Positions 63,756-64,000 of a stretch of 64,000 bases of DNA are shown here, in pieces. Under the pieces are notes generated by a model. The model did not search any database and was not told where the DNA came from. It saw only the letters and a program-made list of their open reading frames with translations. Position numbers and translations under genes: made by a program. This DNA is from Octopus bimaculoides (lineage: Eukaryota): the NCBI RefSeq assembly GCF_001194135.2, contig NC_069002.1, positions 13,063,708 through 13,127,707 of the forward strand. The letters are read 5' to 3'. Each line of letters begins with the position of its first letter. Within the stretch, counting starts at the first letter, position 1.

Positions 63756-64000
63756 CGTATCATAAAATTGCAAAAGAAATAGAAATATTATTTCAATCTT
63801 TGAACTATAAATATATTAAAAAAAAAAGAAATACTATGTGAGAAATAAGTTGATATTAACGGTACACGAAGAATTCGTACAAATTCGATATTACATTGAG
63901 AAATATATATTTCAAATGAATAATTACACTACAGACAGTGTTAATCGAAAGATTATTTCAAAATAAAATATTTATTACTTTTATGTCCAGCTTACAATAA

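Noticed and set aside
1-64000. CRISPR arrays, operons or other prokaryotic systems
   Set aside because: The sequence is eukaryotic with spliced genes; all regular repeats are mini/microsatellites or transposon-derived.

Overview
Eukaryotic, intron-rich, very repeat-dense DNA. The SINE/LINE/MITE families look like those of Octopus (inference from recalled repeat families; no database search was run). The ORF track is almost entirely repeat- or gap-derived noise, so genes were assembled by hand from GT-AG exons. Three complete housekeeping genes were found. GINS4/SLD5 is on the minus strand (7 exons, 31906->104, 221 aa, with a 21.9-kb intron 4). An alpha-L-fucosidase (GH29, FUCA-like) is on the plus strand (8 exons, 33118->45438, 483 aa), head-to-head with GINS4. 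RPF2 is on the minus strand (10 exons, 60734->50734, 300 aa; the 20-bp first exon is less certain). A possible first exon of a fourth gene lies near 62996. Introns are filled with three tRNA-derived SINE families, RTE-LINE 3' ends, Tc1/mariner fossils, TTAA piggyBac-type MITEs, Penelope-like fragments and microsatellites. The most notable observation is two different, apparently intact type I hammerhead ribozyme folds in tandem on the sense strand of FUCA intron 3 (36124-36197 and 36325-36383). They would release a 183-nt RNA and sit in a cluster of hairpins; several decayed hammerheads occur elsewhere in the window. Also notable are a 194-bp fold-back element of head-to-head telomeric repeats in the GINS4/FUCA bidirectional promoter and an E->A change in a conserved fucose-binding motif of FUCA.
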